From Raja brachyura (lineage: Eukaryota), in assembly GCA_963514005.1 (NCBI GenBank), contig OY740809.1:22072001-22136000 (forward strand): a stretch of 64,000 bases of DNA. Direction: 5' to 3'. This document shows positions 12,320 through 24,256 of this stretch, piece after piece. The notes beneath the pieces were generated by a model. That model made no database searches and was not told where the DNA came from. It saw nothing but the letters and a program-made list of their open reading frames with translations. The position numbers and the translations under genes are program-made. Within the stretch, counting starts at the first letter, position 1, and every line of letters starts with the position of its first letter.

Positions 12320-12638
12320 GGGGCAGCACAATGGCACGGCTGGTAGAGCTGCTGCCTCACAGCACCAGAGACCCAAGTTTGATCCTGACCTTGGGTGCCC
12401 TCTGTGTGGAGTTTGCTCGTTCTCCCTGTGACTGCGTGGGTTTCCTTTGGGCGCTCCCGTTTTCTGCTACATCCCAAAGACGTGCGGGTTTGCAGGTTAA
12501 TTGGCTTCTGTAAATTGTTCCTAATGTGTAGCGGGTGGATGAGAAAGTGGGATAAGATAGAACTCAAGTGAATGGGTGATTGATGGTCGGTGTGGGCCTC
12601 TGGGCCTAGTTCCATGCTGCATCTATCAATCAATCAAT
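12320..12638 (+). mobile_element. tRNA-derived SINE (HE1/V-SINE-like)
   Basis: tRNA-like head, conserved central gggtttcct...tcccaaagacgtgc body and (TCAA)n tail. Confidence 0.8.
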
Positions 12639-12794
12639 TTTGTGTTTTTTCTTCTAAGTTCCGTGACCTGTTAATGTACGGATGCTCAGAACTATGAACA
12701 ATGTTGTGAAGTGGTATACAATATTCACCAGCACCTTTGAAGCCTGCCCCTATGTTCCTTGAATGGAACATATCCATATTTTTAAATTGTCCTG

Positions 12795-13110
12795 TAATGG
12801 AAACAAAAGAGATTTCTTCTCCTCCCAATGTTCAAGTGGGCTTGTGGCCATTGGCAGTGAATCCCTAACTTCCCAGCTTTGCTCACGTTAACTTCATTTT
12901 GCACCAGTCCACGTTGCTGGCTGCATTTGAACCTTCACGGCAAACCAAAGTTTGGATATTGGGTGACAAGAGACTTCTGCTGATGTTTTGGCTCACGGGC
13001 TTGTCCTTGCACATACAGGCAGCTTGCAATTGATGAAAACCAAAATGCCACACCACATGTGGAGCTCTGCAGCACTCAGGAGGGTCGGTGTCATGGTTTA
13101 CAGCAGTCGG
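12795..13110 (+). pseudogene. Fossil PIF/Harbinger DDE transposase fragment
   Basis: Frameshifted motifs appear in the expected order: NKRDFFS.NVQV, HVNFILHQST..FEP, WILGDK....WL and GALQHS. These resemble Harbinger/HARBI1 NRKGFHSLNVQ, HDAFIL..S, WLLGDKGYP..WL and GALQYS. Confidence 0.6.
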
Positions 13111-13281
13111 TTTTCTGTTACACAATGTCATTGTTCAACCAGCCACAGAAATAAAAGTTCCCACTATATAAGTCTAGGTGATAAATTCAGTTGTGTCATA
13201 CAAAAGTCAGTCATCCTTGAAACTTGTCTTTCCGCCTACCTTCCAAGTGCCTCTCTGTGTGATAGTGCTCATACGCACTAC

Positions 13282-13584
13282 GGGTTGGTGCAGTGGTAGA
13301 CTTTGCTGCCTTACAGCACCAGATACGAGGTTCGATCCTGACCTTGGGTGCTGTCTGTGTCGAGTTGTCCCTGTGATCACGTGGGTTTCCTCTGCGTGCT
13401 CCGGTTTCCTCCCACACTTCAAAGATGTACAAGTTTGTAGGTTAATTGGCTTCGGTAAAATTGTAAATTGTTCCTAGTGTGTAGGTTAGTGCGAGTGAAC
13501 GGGGTGATCGCTGGTCGGTGTGGACTCAGTGGGCCGAAGGTCCGGTTTCCACGCTGTATCTCTAAAGTCCAAAGTAAAGTAAAG
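13282..13584 (+). mobile_element. tRNA-derived SINE (HE1/V-SINE-like)
   Basis: B box GGTTCGATCC, family body and (TAAAG)n tail. Confidence 0.8.
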
Positions 13585-15555
13585 CAGGATGACCAGATCT
13601 TCCATGTGGCTGGTGGAGAAGGCACATAGCTCTGTCAGTCAGTCTGCCAAGTGATCTTCCTTGACCTCGGCTGCAGTGGTCTATGAGAGTCAGCCATTGC
13701 AAAGCCACTAATATATTGGTTCTTGTAAGAGTTAAATAGTGACTTCCGGAAAGGAGACTATGTGTTGGTGCACCCTGGAACCACTGAATTTGCCCTGTGG
13801 TGATACGTGGCAGTTCGAACATGCTGATGGAGGTATATTTGCTGTGACTCTGCTTACTCAAATCCAAAACCATTACGGCAGCAGTTTCAGTTTCCACTGA
13901 GGCACTCAGCCATCGGGTTCCTGGAGCTGCAGGTGAGGTTGTGGAGAGCAGTCTTGCCTCAGGATTGTGTCCATAGTGTGCAGGGAGAAAGCTGGCCAAC
14001 TAACGGAAAGAACAGTCACCAAGCTCCCATATCACACTCAGGTCCGGACTCCATACAGTGCTAATGGCAACCCATATCTGTGTCTGAACTCACGGCCGTG
14101 AGTGTCAGTGAAATTATGCCATGGCAATTATTTGTCTCTCCCTCTTCCAGCACTATCGTCCCCGACTGCAGTACTTGGTGATTTGAAATGAAAATGGCAC
14201 GATGACAGGGTAGGGCTGGATTGGAAGCATGCACGGGAGTTGGTGGGGGGAAAATAGTGGAGGAAACACAGGAGCTCCTTACATTGTCTGTCAGAAGACA
14301 CTTAGGATGTGTGCAAAGTGAGTTTAGAACAGAAAGATCTGAATGAAGTTTTGGTCGTCTTGGGTCATTCCTGCCACTCATTAGGACTTACAGGAATACC
14401 TTTCCAATCCGATTTACTCCTCCTGCCTCTTTGCCTGGAGTGATAGAGGGATGTCCAATCTGTTTGTGTGTGAATTGGCTGCTGCGGAGTTAAGTGTCAC
14501 AGTGTGGTGGAGCACTTTAATACTGGATCCCAGCTCTGATTGATAGAGACTGTTAGTGGCTGAGTGAATGGGGCTGAAAACTGTGCTGCGGTTAAGATGA
14601 CAATCTATCACTGTTCAGTTGGGATAGTACAGACTTGCCAGTTACCCATTCTGGGCTGAATGAATTCAGGGCCGGATATGAAGGCTGGCATTAGTCCCAT
14701 CCTCCCCTGAGCCATGAAAGACTCTGATGGTTTGCCAGCCGTCCTTGCTGGCAGAGATCCAGGCAGAGTGTGGACTGGAGAGCTGGAGGCTGTGGCAACG
14801 TTGGTGAGAGCAATGGAACAGAGGCAAGTGTGTGGAGGGCTCATGTAGCGTAATATGTTGGGAGTGAGTAAATGGGAGTGCATCCACTGGGAGTGTCACT
14901 TCATTCCTCCCTGGAGGAGGAATGCCACAAACAGAGGGAAACACTCTCCTTGTATTGCACTGACCATGAATGGTGCCTTTTTGCAAGGGTGTGTGTGGCT
15001 CTGGTAGAGAGAGCAGAGACCATGGCAGGGAGAATAGAGGCAGCAGCAGTGGCAATGGAGTCCACATGATCTATCACCCACCCCAGCTCAGTCTGAGCCG
15101 GCTTGACCCTGTGAGCGATTGCTCTGTCTGCTTTGATCTGTCGCAAAGCCAGGCCACTTGCAATGTTGGCAGCAACCTATCTCCTGCCTGATCTGCAAGG
15201 GGCTGATCACTGTTAACCAGCGCAGGATCCTGCCCACACACATCGTCAGGTTTAAAACAGTATTGATAGTGGAGTTTATTTTTAAATTTAGTGAAATTTA
15301 TTTTTATTTGCAAGAATACTTTTGTAATTACTGGAACAAGCAATTCAGAACCAGCTCAATCCTTCAAAAAGAGGCCTATACACTCACAGGGCCTCCTGTT
15401 GCATAGAACCGTGGTGGGGCCACACCTGACAAAACGTGCTTTGAGGTTTTAAATAGCTTACCTCCTTGTGGCCGCTTTGAAAAGCATGATCACCCTATGT
15501 GTAGTTGTTTGGATACGGCATTTGAAAATGCATTCAGTAATTTTAATAACTTTGA

Positions 15556-16133
15556 GGGTGGCGCAGAAGCGCAGCAGTAGAGTTGCTGCCTTATCCAAAC
15601 CAGAATCAGAATACATTTATTGGCCACACATACAAGGAATTTGACTTGGTGCTCTGTTCGCACATGGTAAAAACATGATAAACAGCGCACAATTAAAAAT
15701 TGTCAATTGACAATTAAAAATAAAACATTACAATTTAAACACGTGAAAATAAAGCACCAGAGTAAAAAGAGGCTACAGACTTTTGGCTGTTGCATAGAGC
15801 AGCTGCTGCTCATGGGAAGAAACTGTTTTTATGTCTGGCTGTGGCCGCTTTGAGACCAATAGGCACCCGGGTTCAATCCTGACTACGGTTGGTGTCTGTA
15901 CAGGGTTTGTACGTTCTCCCTGTGAGTGCGTAGGTTTTCTCCGGGTGCTCGGGTTAACTCGCTAACCCCAAAGACGTACAGGTTTGTGGGTTAATTGGCT
16001 TCGGTAAAAAACTGTAAATTGTCTGTGTAGTGTGTAGATTATAGCTGTTGAACGGGATGATCGCTAGTCGGCACGGACTCTGTGGGCCGAAGGGCCTGTT
16101 TCCTCGCTGTATTTCTAAAGTCTAAAGTCTAAA
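15556..16133 (+). mobile_element. HE1-like SINE interrupted by an antisense Rex/Babar 3' end (~15595-15853)
   Basis: The SINE head is split between 15556-15592 and ~15865 onward. The insert is the reverse complement of the 3' end seen at 10020-10150 and 11335-11450. Confidence 0.75.
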
Positions 16134-17107
16134 CTTAGTTAAGGTCATTGAATTTCTCACGGAACTTAATACAGATCTGCAGGATTCATGGCAATGGGCT
16201 CCAGTGGTTCCTGCTCTCAATGCCTTTTAGGCAATCCTCTGATTGGTTTTTAGTTGTTCTCTGCATGCAGGTCATTTATCTTCCTTTCCCTCTCCTCCAC
16301 CAAGTCTCCAATGCTATGTTTAAAATCATGAAAACTTCGATCATCCATATGGCATTATTTTTTAACAGCCTTCCACTTTAATTTCAGTTGTAGAGATCTT
16401 GCTAACACTTTCTCGAGCAACAATATATCTTTGTTTTAGGAGACGAAGGCAGGCTTTAAGTAGTGGGGGATTGCCTTAAATGAAAGTAGCCTTCATACCA
16501 TGCCTCCCTATTGAAACACAAATGGACTCATCTTTCAAGAATTATATAATATGGGCAACAAAGTAGAAAAACAGAGAGTACAGCAGAAAGTGTTGGACTA
16601 ATTCAGGTGGCTGCATCTCTGGAGGGAATGGTTAGGTGTTGATTCGGGTCGGGACCCTTCTGTAGACGGTTAAACGAAGGAAATGCAGAGTTTTGGTCTT
16701 TGAAACTGGAACAATGGCCAGCAACAACATAATGATTGCACCTGTGGATGAATTAGGGACACAAACTGTAGTAAGGCAGATATCTAAAACTTATAGGAGT
16801 TGGGAAATTGCAGCGATAGAGATGAGGAAGTTAAAAATGGGAACAAACAGAAAAGGTGTACATTTGCCTAATTGGGAGCTGACGTTCAAATCAAATACAG
16901 GGTGATTGGTAGATGACAGTTGGTTGGTTTTAGGAAATGAGCAACGGAGTTCTAGATTCCATCAAGATAATAGAGGATAAAATTAGGAAAACTAGAATAT
17001 CCTAGTGGCATAGGCATAGAAATAGGCATAGGCATAGAAGAAGGTCTCACAGGCAATTGTGCTGGTGTGGGATGGAGTCAGACAATGTAATAGGTGGAAA
17101 TAACAGG

Positions 17108-17817
17108 TTAACCATATAACCATATAATAACCATATAACAATTACAGCACGGAAACAGGCCTTCTCGGCCCTTCCAGTCTGTGCCGACCATTTATTTTCC
17201 CCTAGTCCCATCTACCTGCACTCAGACCATACCTCTCCATTCCATTCCCGTCCATATACCTATCCACTTTACTTTTAAATGTTAAAATCGATCCTGCCTC
17301 CACCACTTCTGCTGGGAGATCATTCCACACAGCCACCACTCTCTGAGTAAAGAAGTTCCCCCTCATGTTACCCCTAAACTTCTGTCCCTTAATTCTCATG
17401 TCATGCCCTTTTGTTTGAATCTTCCCTACCCTCAATGGGAAAAGCTTATCCACGTCAACTCTGTCTATCCCTTTCATCATTTTAAAGACCTCAATCGTCC
17501 CCCCTTAACCTTCTGCGCTCCAAAGAATAAAGACCTAACTTGTTCAACCTTTCTCTGTAACTTAGTTGCTGGAACCCAGGCAACATTCTAGTAAATCTCC
17601 TCTGTATTCTCTCTATTTTGTTGACATCCTTCCTATAATTAGGCGACCAAAATTGTACACCATACTCCAGAATTGGTCTCACCAATGCCTTGTACAATTT
17701 TAACATTACTTCCCTACTCCTATATTCAATGCTCTGATTTATAAAGGCCAGCACACCAAAAGCTTTCTTTACCACCCTATCTACATGCGATTCCACCTTC
17801 AGGGAACTATGCACAGT
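17108..17817 (-). mobile_element. CR1-clade LINE 3' fragment, well preserved
   Basis: ORFs 17491-17832 and 17202-17480 give the RT C-terminus (LYKALVRPILEYGVQFWSP, RRLRGD, FFTQRVVAVWNDLP). Tandem-repeat tail (AACCATAT)n on +. Confidence 0.88.
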
Positions 17818-19004
17818 TGCGAGACTCAGCAAATGTGTGCTCTAAAGGTTTTCGGGGGTCACGTTTGATGTCACGATTGTGCAGAGTTTGGTTCATATTC
17901 AGAAGGTTATCCGAAGGAAGAAGTGTTTGTTTTGGGGTTGAAGCTTGTGGCGGTTTCAGGATTCTCAATACGTCACTGGAGGAGGTTCAGTTCACTGAGC
18001 ATCGATAGAGAGGTTCGAGTGGTGATGAGGCAGGTGTCATTGATGTTCATGTGGAAATTGATTCCGTGTTTCCGGAATACGTTGCTGCGGGCAGCACTGC
18101 GCACAGTGTTTGGTGGGTGGCCTGTGGTACACTGAATGAGCAAAGGTCGCTTGCCAATCTCATTTCCTGTGTGGATTTTCAGGGGCTGTGGAATGTAGCC
18201 CCCCGATGTGTTTTTATTTGCCCACAGGATAGGCTCTAGGTTAGTAATGTTTTGTCCTGGTGATATGCCGGTGCGGTATCTGATGTGTCGTTGTTTATGG
18301 GGGAGTAACTGGCAAATTTCCTTGTCTGGTGTTAATTAATAGGTCATGATGTAATGTTTTTCGAGCATTGCCATCAGGGTATATTTTGTTTAAACTGGAA
18401 TTTGTACACCTGCCAACAACCTTGAACCCACAGGGCTTAACACCGTGATATCATTAAATTTACTTCAAAGAATAACCTTTGTAATATTTCATAGAATTGG
18501 TGTTGCATTGAATCCCTGTTACTGTCACCATTAATTTGACAGCTCTGCTAGTAAGAGGCACTAGGCAAGAAATGACAGTGTTAGGGTTTCAGTGGAGTGT
18601 GATGTTTTCCCCTGTGAAGCTTTCTAGATTGTTTAACACAACCACTGAAAATGGAGCTGCACTCCAGGCAGTGGTGAGTCCTGTAATTTTACTCTGGGAT
18701 CCATTACTGGCTTTGATTGAGCCAAGAGCATTTAAGCTCCATCTGACATGTTATCTATTCACGCGACACAGTTGGATTTAGAAAGACTGACTGAAAGTGG
18801 GAATCAAGAATGACTCACCCCCCCCACCCCCACCCCCCTCCCCCAGTGATGTTTACAGGTAAGTGAATGATGGATCTACTGGAAACAGTAACAATGACAT
18901 TCATTCAGTTACGATGAATAAGACGAGTGGAATCCATGTGCATTGAAATTTATTGCCAATCTGGGATTATTGCCAATCAGGTCTCTGCATTGTACTCTGA
19001 CATT

Positions 19005-19365
19005 CAATAGACAATAGACAATAGGTGCAGTAGTAGGCCATTCGGCCCTTCGAGCCAGCACCGCCATTCAATGTGATCATGGCTGATCATCCACAATCAG
19101 TACCCCGTCCCTTCCTTCTCCCAATACCTCCTGACTCCACTATCTTTAAGAGCCCTATCTAGCTTTCTCTTGAAAGTATCCAGAGAACCGGCCTCCGCCG
19201 CCCTCTGAGGCAGAGAATTCCACAGACTCACAACCCTCTGTGTAAAAAAGTGTTTCCTCATCTCCGTTCTAAATGGCTTACCCCTTATTCTTAAACTGTG
19301 GCCTCTGGTTCTGGACTCCCGCAATAACAGCAACATTTTTCATGCTTCTGACGTGTCCAAACCCT
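19005..19365 (-). mobile_element. CR1-clade LINE 3' end; 130-bp segment repeated at 19523-19654
   Basis: ORF SRTRGHSLRIRGKPFRTEMRKHFFTQRVVSLWNSLP and (CAATAGA)n tail. Confidence 0.85.
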
Positions 19366-19367
19366 TA

Positions 19368-19522
19368 AGGGCCTGTCCCACTTACGCGACCTTTACAGGT
19401 GACTGCCGGCACCCGTGATAGGTCGACGAGATTTTCAACATGTTGAAAATTCAACGGCGACCAGAAAGACGCTACGACTCTTTGGAGACCTCTCATGGTC
19501 ATAGGAGACCGCTCACGACCAT
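19368..19522. mobile_element. Truncated MITE (one GGGCCTGTCCCAC terminus)
   Basis: Same terminal motif and internal TTTTCAACATGTTGAAAA palindrome as the element at 47769-48125. Confidence 0.6.
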
Positions 19523-20763
19523 ACAGTACCCCGTTCCTGCCTTCTCCCCATATCCCCTGACTATGCTATCTTTAAGAGCCCTATCTAGCTCTCTCTTGAA
19601 AGTATCCAGAGACCCGGCCTCCACCGCCCTCTGAGGCAGAGAATTCCACAGACTTTGCCTCGGAGTCATTCCCTTTCTTTCAACTCTGAAGTTGCAGGAC
19701 TGTTGCCCAAATCCCCCGTCCCTCCCCTTTCCTTCCTAATGTAATTGTGACTTAATCTAGTCTAAAACCTTAAGCAGTGAAAGAATCATGAAGAACTTCT
19801 CCTCTCCACGCCGAGCACAGTATTCCAAATGTCCAAAACCTGGGATATGGTAAAGCAACATTTAAACTATTCTGGATTAAGTAATATGTGCAATGCAGTG
19901 ATATGTAATTTATGAAATCAACCAGGTTTAAGTAGCAAGTCAGAAGATTCTAGCAAAAAAGTTGTAAAATACAAACTCCTCATAATATGAAGCAACAATT
20001 CTTTAGATCAGCATTTGTTAATTACGAAGTTGTGGATTAAAAACCCATAATAAAAATTACATGTTTCACAAATTCAGCTATAACAATTGTTTCTCGTGCT
20101 TTGGAGTCCAGATTTATTTCAGGGGACTTCAGTCACTGTCAAATGTGAGGGTTTTGCTGCTGCTATTTCCCCCCAAGCTCTCCCTCTATTAGCCGAACCA
20201 AGTTAACTAACTACATCTGTGTCTGCAATTCCCACGATGCGACCATCCTCGCACAGTGTGAAGAATTTCCGCACGTGAATATGATTTTCTTAGTGCTTGT
20301 GGAAGTGCACCTTTCCTTATCCCGCAATCGGTTCTTTGTTTTTCTGAATGTTGAGGGAAAAGGAGCTGGAGAATGAATGTTAACAGCTTAATTTTTAATT
20401 CAGAGTGTGAAATGTGGTGAACGCACCACCTGTGCTATATTTGCTTTCTGCAAAGAAATCGTGATATATCATTATTCAAAGGAATATTTATTTGGCAGTG
20501 CAAATGTTAAATTGCATTATTTCTCATTTTTTTCCAAATACTTTTGGCAATATTTAAGGAATTTTGTTTTGAGTTCTGTATTAAAGTCATATTCAGCTTT
20601 GTGTTCTGATTTAAAGAGATCTGTGATGGATACAGGATGATGATTTATAGATCCTACACTCAGTTTTATATTCTGAATTACAGACCAAATAGTAATTAAT
20701 AAGCGAGTTTGGTGTTCCGACAGCGCATGCCCAGGTCATAGGTCACTCGCGATAAATATTCTC

Positions 20764-21819
20764 GACATTTGCTGCTGCGTGTGTGCAGACCTGCGTTTCG
20801 CTCGTGGTTGGGGTGGGCCCGGGTCTCCGACGCTATGGGCACTGTTGAGTTGCTGATGGGCCGTCCCCGTCCCCATCCCCGTCCCCTCCCGGGTGTCCCA
20901 TCCCTGTCCGGGGGCAGCCGGTGGTATCCGGGGTGGCCTTGGGCTGGCTGGGTACTGGCGCAAGGGGGAGGCGCTGGCTCCAGCTCAGTGCTGCTTGTCC
21001 CACCTGGTTGGCTGGCAGCCCTGGACTGGTGGCCGCCAGCCCGGGGTGGTGGTGGCCCTAGGGCTTGCAGCCGGCACGGAGGAGGTGCACTGGCTCTGGC
21101 TCGGCTCTGCTCCGGCTCCCGGGGGGCCTGTTCCCCGGCGGGCCGGGGACCGTCGGCTGCGCCTCTCGCCTTGTCCAGTGGCTATTGGTTGGCCCCCTTG
21201 GTATCGGCGGGGGGGGGGGGGCGAGCACCGGTCATCAGCGGGGATGCACACAGGGTGCTGCCGTGGCTCGGCGGGTCAGGCAACATCTCTGTAGAAAGGT
21301 CTCGACCCGAAATGTCACCCAATCCTTTCCTCCAGGGATGCTGCCTGTCCCGCTGAGTTGCTGCAGCGTTTTGTGTGTATCCCCGTTGATGGCTGGTGTT
21401 CGGGTTTCGCCAGCGCCCGGTGGGGTTGGCCGGCGGCCGCTGGGTGGGGCGGGGATTCCTCGGCCCGTTGGGGAGCAGGTTCCTCGGGAGTTGGAGCGGG
21501 GTTGGGCTGGAGTGGCGCTTCTTCTCTGTGCTGGCTGTGGGCTTAGGGCCGGCGATGTCCCATCGGTCCAGGGCTGTCGGCTGGCCCGTCGGGGCAGGCG
21601 GAATTGAGCTGGACTTGGCGCTCCTTCTTCAGTCCGGGGCAGCCCGGACGTCTCCAGCCGCCTCCTGGGCGGGGATGGGACACTCGGGGGGGTGGGGGGG
21701 GGGTGGGGGTGGGGACGGACAGGAACGGTCCAGTGGTGTTTCGGCAGTGCTTACGGCACCGGGAACCCAGATTTGAATCTGGCTGCGGATGAGGCGCAGG
21801 TCTGTGTGCCGAAAATGTC
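20764..21819 (+). repeat. ~1.05-kb GC-rich imperfect inverted repeat (long G-U-rich hairpin) in the last TFAP2E intron
   Basis: Arms ~20764-21299 and ~21324-21819 align as reverse complements along their length, with some indels. For 21115-21149 vs 21457-21491, all 8 of 35 non-Watson-Crick positions are G-U on the + strand. Confidence 0.9.
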
Positions 21820-22307
21820 TCTTCCAAAGTCCAGTCTCTCCCCCTGTCTGCCACTCACATCTGCCCCCCCTCTCTCTCTCTCTCGCTGTTACACCCCGCT
21901 CTCCCACTACCTGGCACTCCCGTTCCTCAAGTTAAATATATATTTACACATAAATTATGAATAAAGATAAGAATGTATACACAGTTTATACAGCCAGCAC
22001 TTTGTTAGCTTTTTCATTTATCGCAAATGACCTTTGACAAATCCCATGATTCCTAGCGTTTTTCAGAATACTGAACTCGCTTATTCTCTGATTGTCCTGA
22101 GGCTTTGTTCACTTAAAAATTAGACCTTGTATCCTCAAAGTCCATTTGCCAATTGTATATTGTTGTTTTAGTTCTGTTACACCAAGGTACACAAACAGAG
22201 AAAAAGAAGATATTGAAATCTTCCATTTTGATGAACTGAACTCTGCGCTAGTGTTGAAGTCATGAATTTATAAACAGGGGCTGTCATTCTGGAAAATGCA
22301 TTTAAAT

Positions 22308-22480
22308 ATGTGTAGGAAGGAACAGTAGATGCTGGTTTACACTGAAGATAGACACAAAATGTTGGAGTAACTCAGCAGGACAGGCAGCATCTCTGGATAG
22401 AAGGAATAGGTGACGTTTTGGGTCGAGACCCTTCTTCAGACTGAGATTCAGGGTAGAGGGAGACACAGAGATAATGAAGT
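22308..22480 (-). mobile_element. Penelope-like hammerhead-bearing repeat copy; further degraded copies to ~22980
   Basis: Family consensus gaaggaa..agatgctgg..gacacaaaatg.tggagtaactcagc..gacgttt.gggtcgagacccttcttcagactg. Confidence 0.7.
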
Positions 22481-24032
22481 GTAATGTATTTAAGCATTTG
22501 GCTTCTAAATAACTCCAGGATGTGCCCTTCTGAAGTCCCTCTCAATATGAACAAAAGTCTAAAGGAATTAGGCTGTAATGAAAAAGTTTTAAAAAACAGC
22601 TGATGCTGGAAATCTAAAGTAAAAAACAATGCTTGAAATACTCAGCAGGTCTGATGGTATCCGTGGAGAGTAAAACAAGTGACATTTCAAGTCAATAACT
22701 TTCCATCAGTAATTGACTTGATGCTGGGGATGGCACAGAGTGTTGGATTAGCTCAGTCGGCCAGGATGCTTCCTAGAAGAACATAAATAGACGATGTTTC
22801 GGGTCAGGACCCTCTTTCCCAAAGCATCGCTTGTCCATCTTCTGCTGAGATTCTGCCGAACCAACTAAACTACTCCAGCACTCTGTGTCGAAACAAAGAA
22901 CTGCAGATGCCTGTTAAAAGAAGGGTCTGGGCCTGAAACGTCATCTATCCATGTTCTCCAGAAATGCTGCCTGACCCGGTGTGGAGGGAGCAAAGGAGGA
23001 GCTAGCAGGGGTACTTTGTAACTTTGTAACTTTGTCAGCTACATTTATGTGGCGACTACTTGTATACCTTGGGTATGCAAGTGAAAAATTCACAGTGTCT
23101 TGTCACATGTGACAATAAAGTATACCATTCCATTCCATTCGGCATGAATCCATTATGGTATATATGTGAGCATGGCCTCTATTCGCTACAATCTGCCACT
23201 GTGAAGTCAAACTGTGGTTCAACATCACGTATCACCACATGAGTTCATGATTTTACTCTTTCCTACTTTCATCATTTTCTACTCAATGTCACTCCACATT
23301 TATCGTACTGGGTGAGGCCAGGCCAGGCCAGCATTTAAAAAAACTCAGATGTGAAATAGTTGTAAATGATCAATTCTGTGGTTTATACTGAGGTTCATGA
23401 GCCATGTTGCTATCATGGTTTATGGTGACATTAGAACTTGTTAATTGAATCATTGCCGAGTAGCTCACTGCCAGACATTTGCATCTGTTATAGTACGTAG
23501 CCTATAATTATTTCACATTTTGTTTCCATATCCTATGGGTATTGTGAGCACGGTAAAACTCATTTAAAGATGTGCCTCTTCGCGTGATCCCTGCACTTGA
23601 CACAGAAGAACACCACTTCTGTTCAAATCATTCCTAAGCCTGCCTATATATTTTTTTATTCTGCGCATTTTGTTTTGGTCATTTTAATTTGCTTCCCAAA
23701 AATGTTTTATCATTTTTCTGTGCACACAGCACCTTCGGGGCATCGAACCGGCAGCTGTTTCCAGGCCTAGGGCCTTATTCAGCTGTCAGCTCGAGCAGCC
23801 CAGCCCATCCCCCTCTGATCTGTTTCCCTTGATGAGCGGTAGCTACTATTGTTTGCTTGGTGCATGATCTAGATCCCTGTCGGGTATTGGGGACCCCCCC
23901 CCCCGTGTGCCACCAAGAATTAGGGTCTGTTTTGTCCAAATGCCCTGATGCTGCAACACAACATGGAGGGGGAATTCAAGAGTCAAAGTGTTTTATTGTC
24001 ATAGGTCCAGAAACCAAACAATAAAATTCCTA

Positions 24033-24256
24033 AGATAGACACAAAATGCTGGAGTAACTCAGCAGGTCAGGCAGCTTCTCTGATGAAAACAAATAGGTGA
24101 CGTTTCTGGTCGCGATTCTTCTTCAGACCGTAGAAGGGTCCCGACCCAAAATATCACCTATCCATTTTCTCCAGTGCTGCTGCCTGACCCACTGAGTTAC
24201 TCCAGCATTTTGTGTCTATCTTTGGTGTAAACCAGCATCTGGTGTTCCTTTTTACT
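24033..24256. mobile_element. Fold-back Penelope-like copy nested in a LINE tail
   Basis: Inverted arms. Degenerate 15-bp TSD ACAATAAAATTCCTA / ACAATGAAATTCTTA at 24018-24032 and 24257-24271. Confidence 0.65.

Noticed and set aside
12320-12395. tRNA-like sequences with A/B boxes (also 13282, 15556, 7130-7203, 35105-35178)
   Set aside because: These are SINE heads joined to SINE bodies and tails, not tRNA genes.
20736-21964. Stack of long overlapping ORFs (up to 195 aa) suggesting a gene or CpG-island promoter
   Set aside because: They arise from A-depletion and high GC, which remove stop codons. The translations are low-complexity G/A/R/W/P and the region is explained by the inverted repeat.
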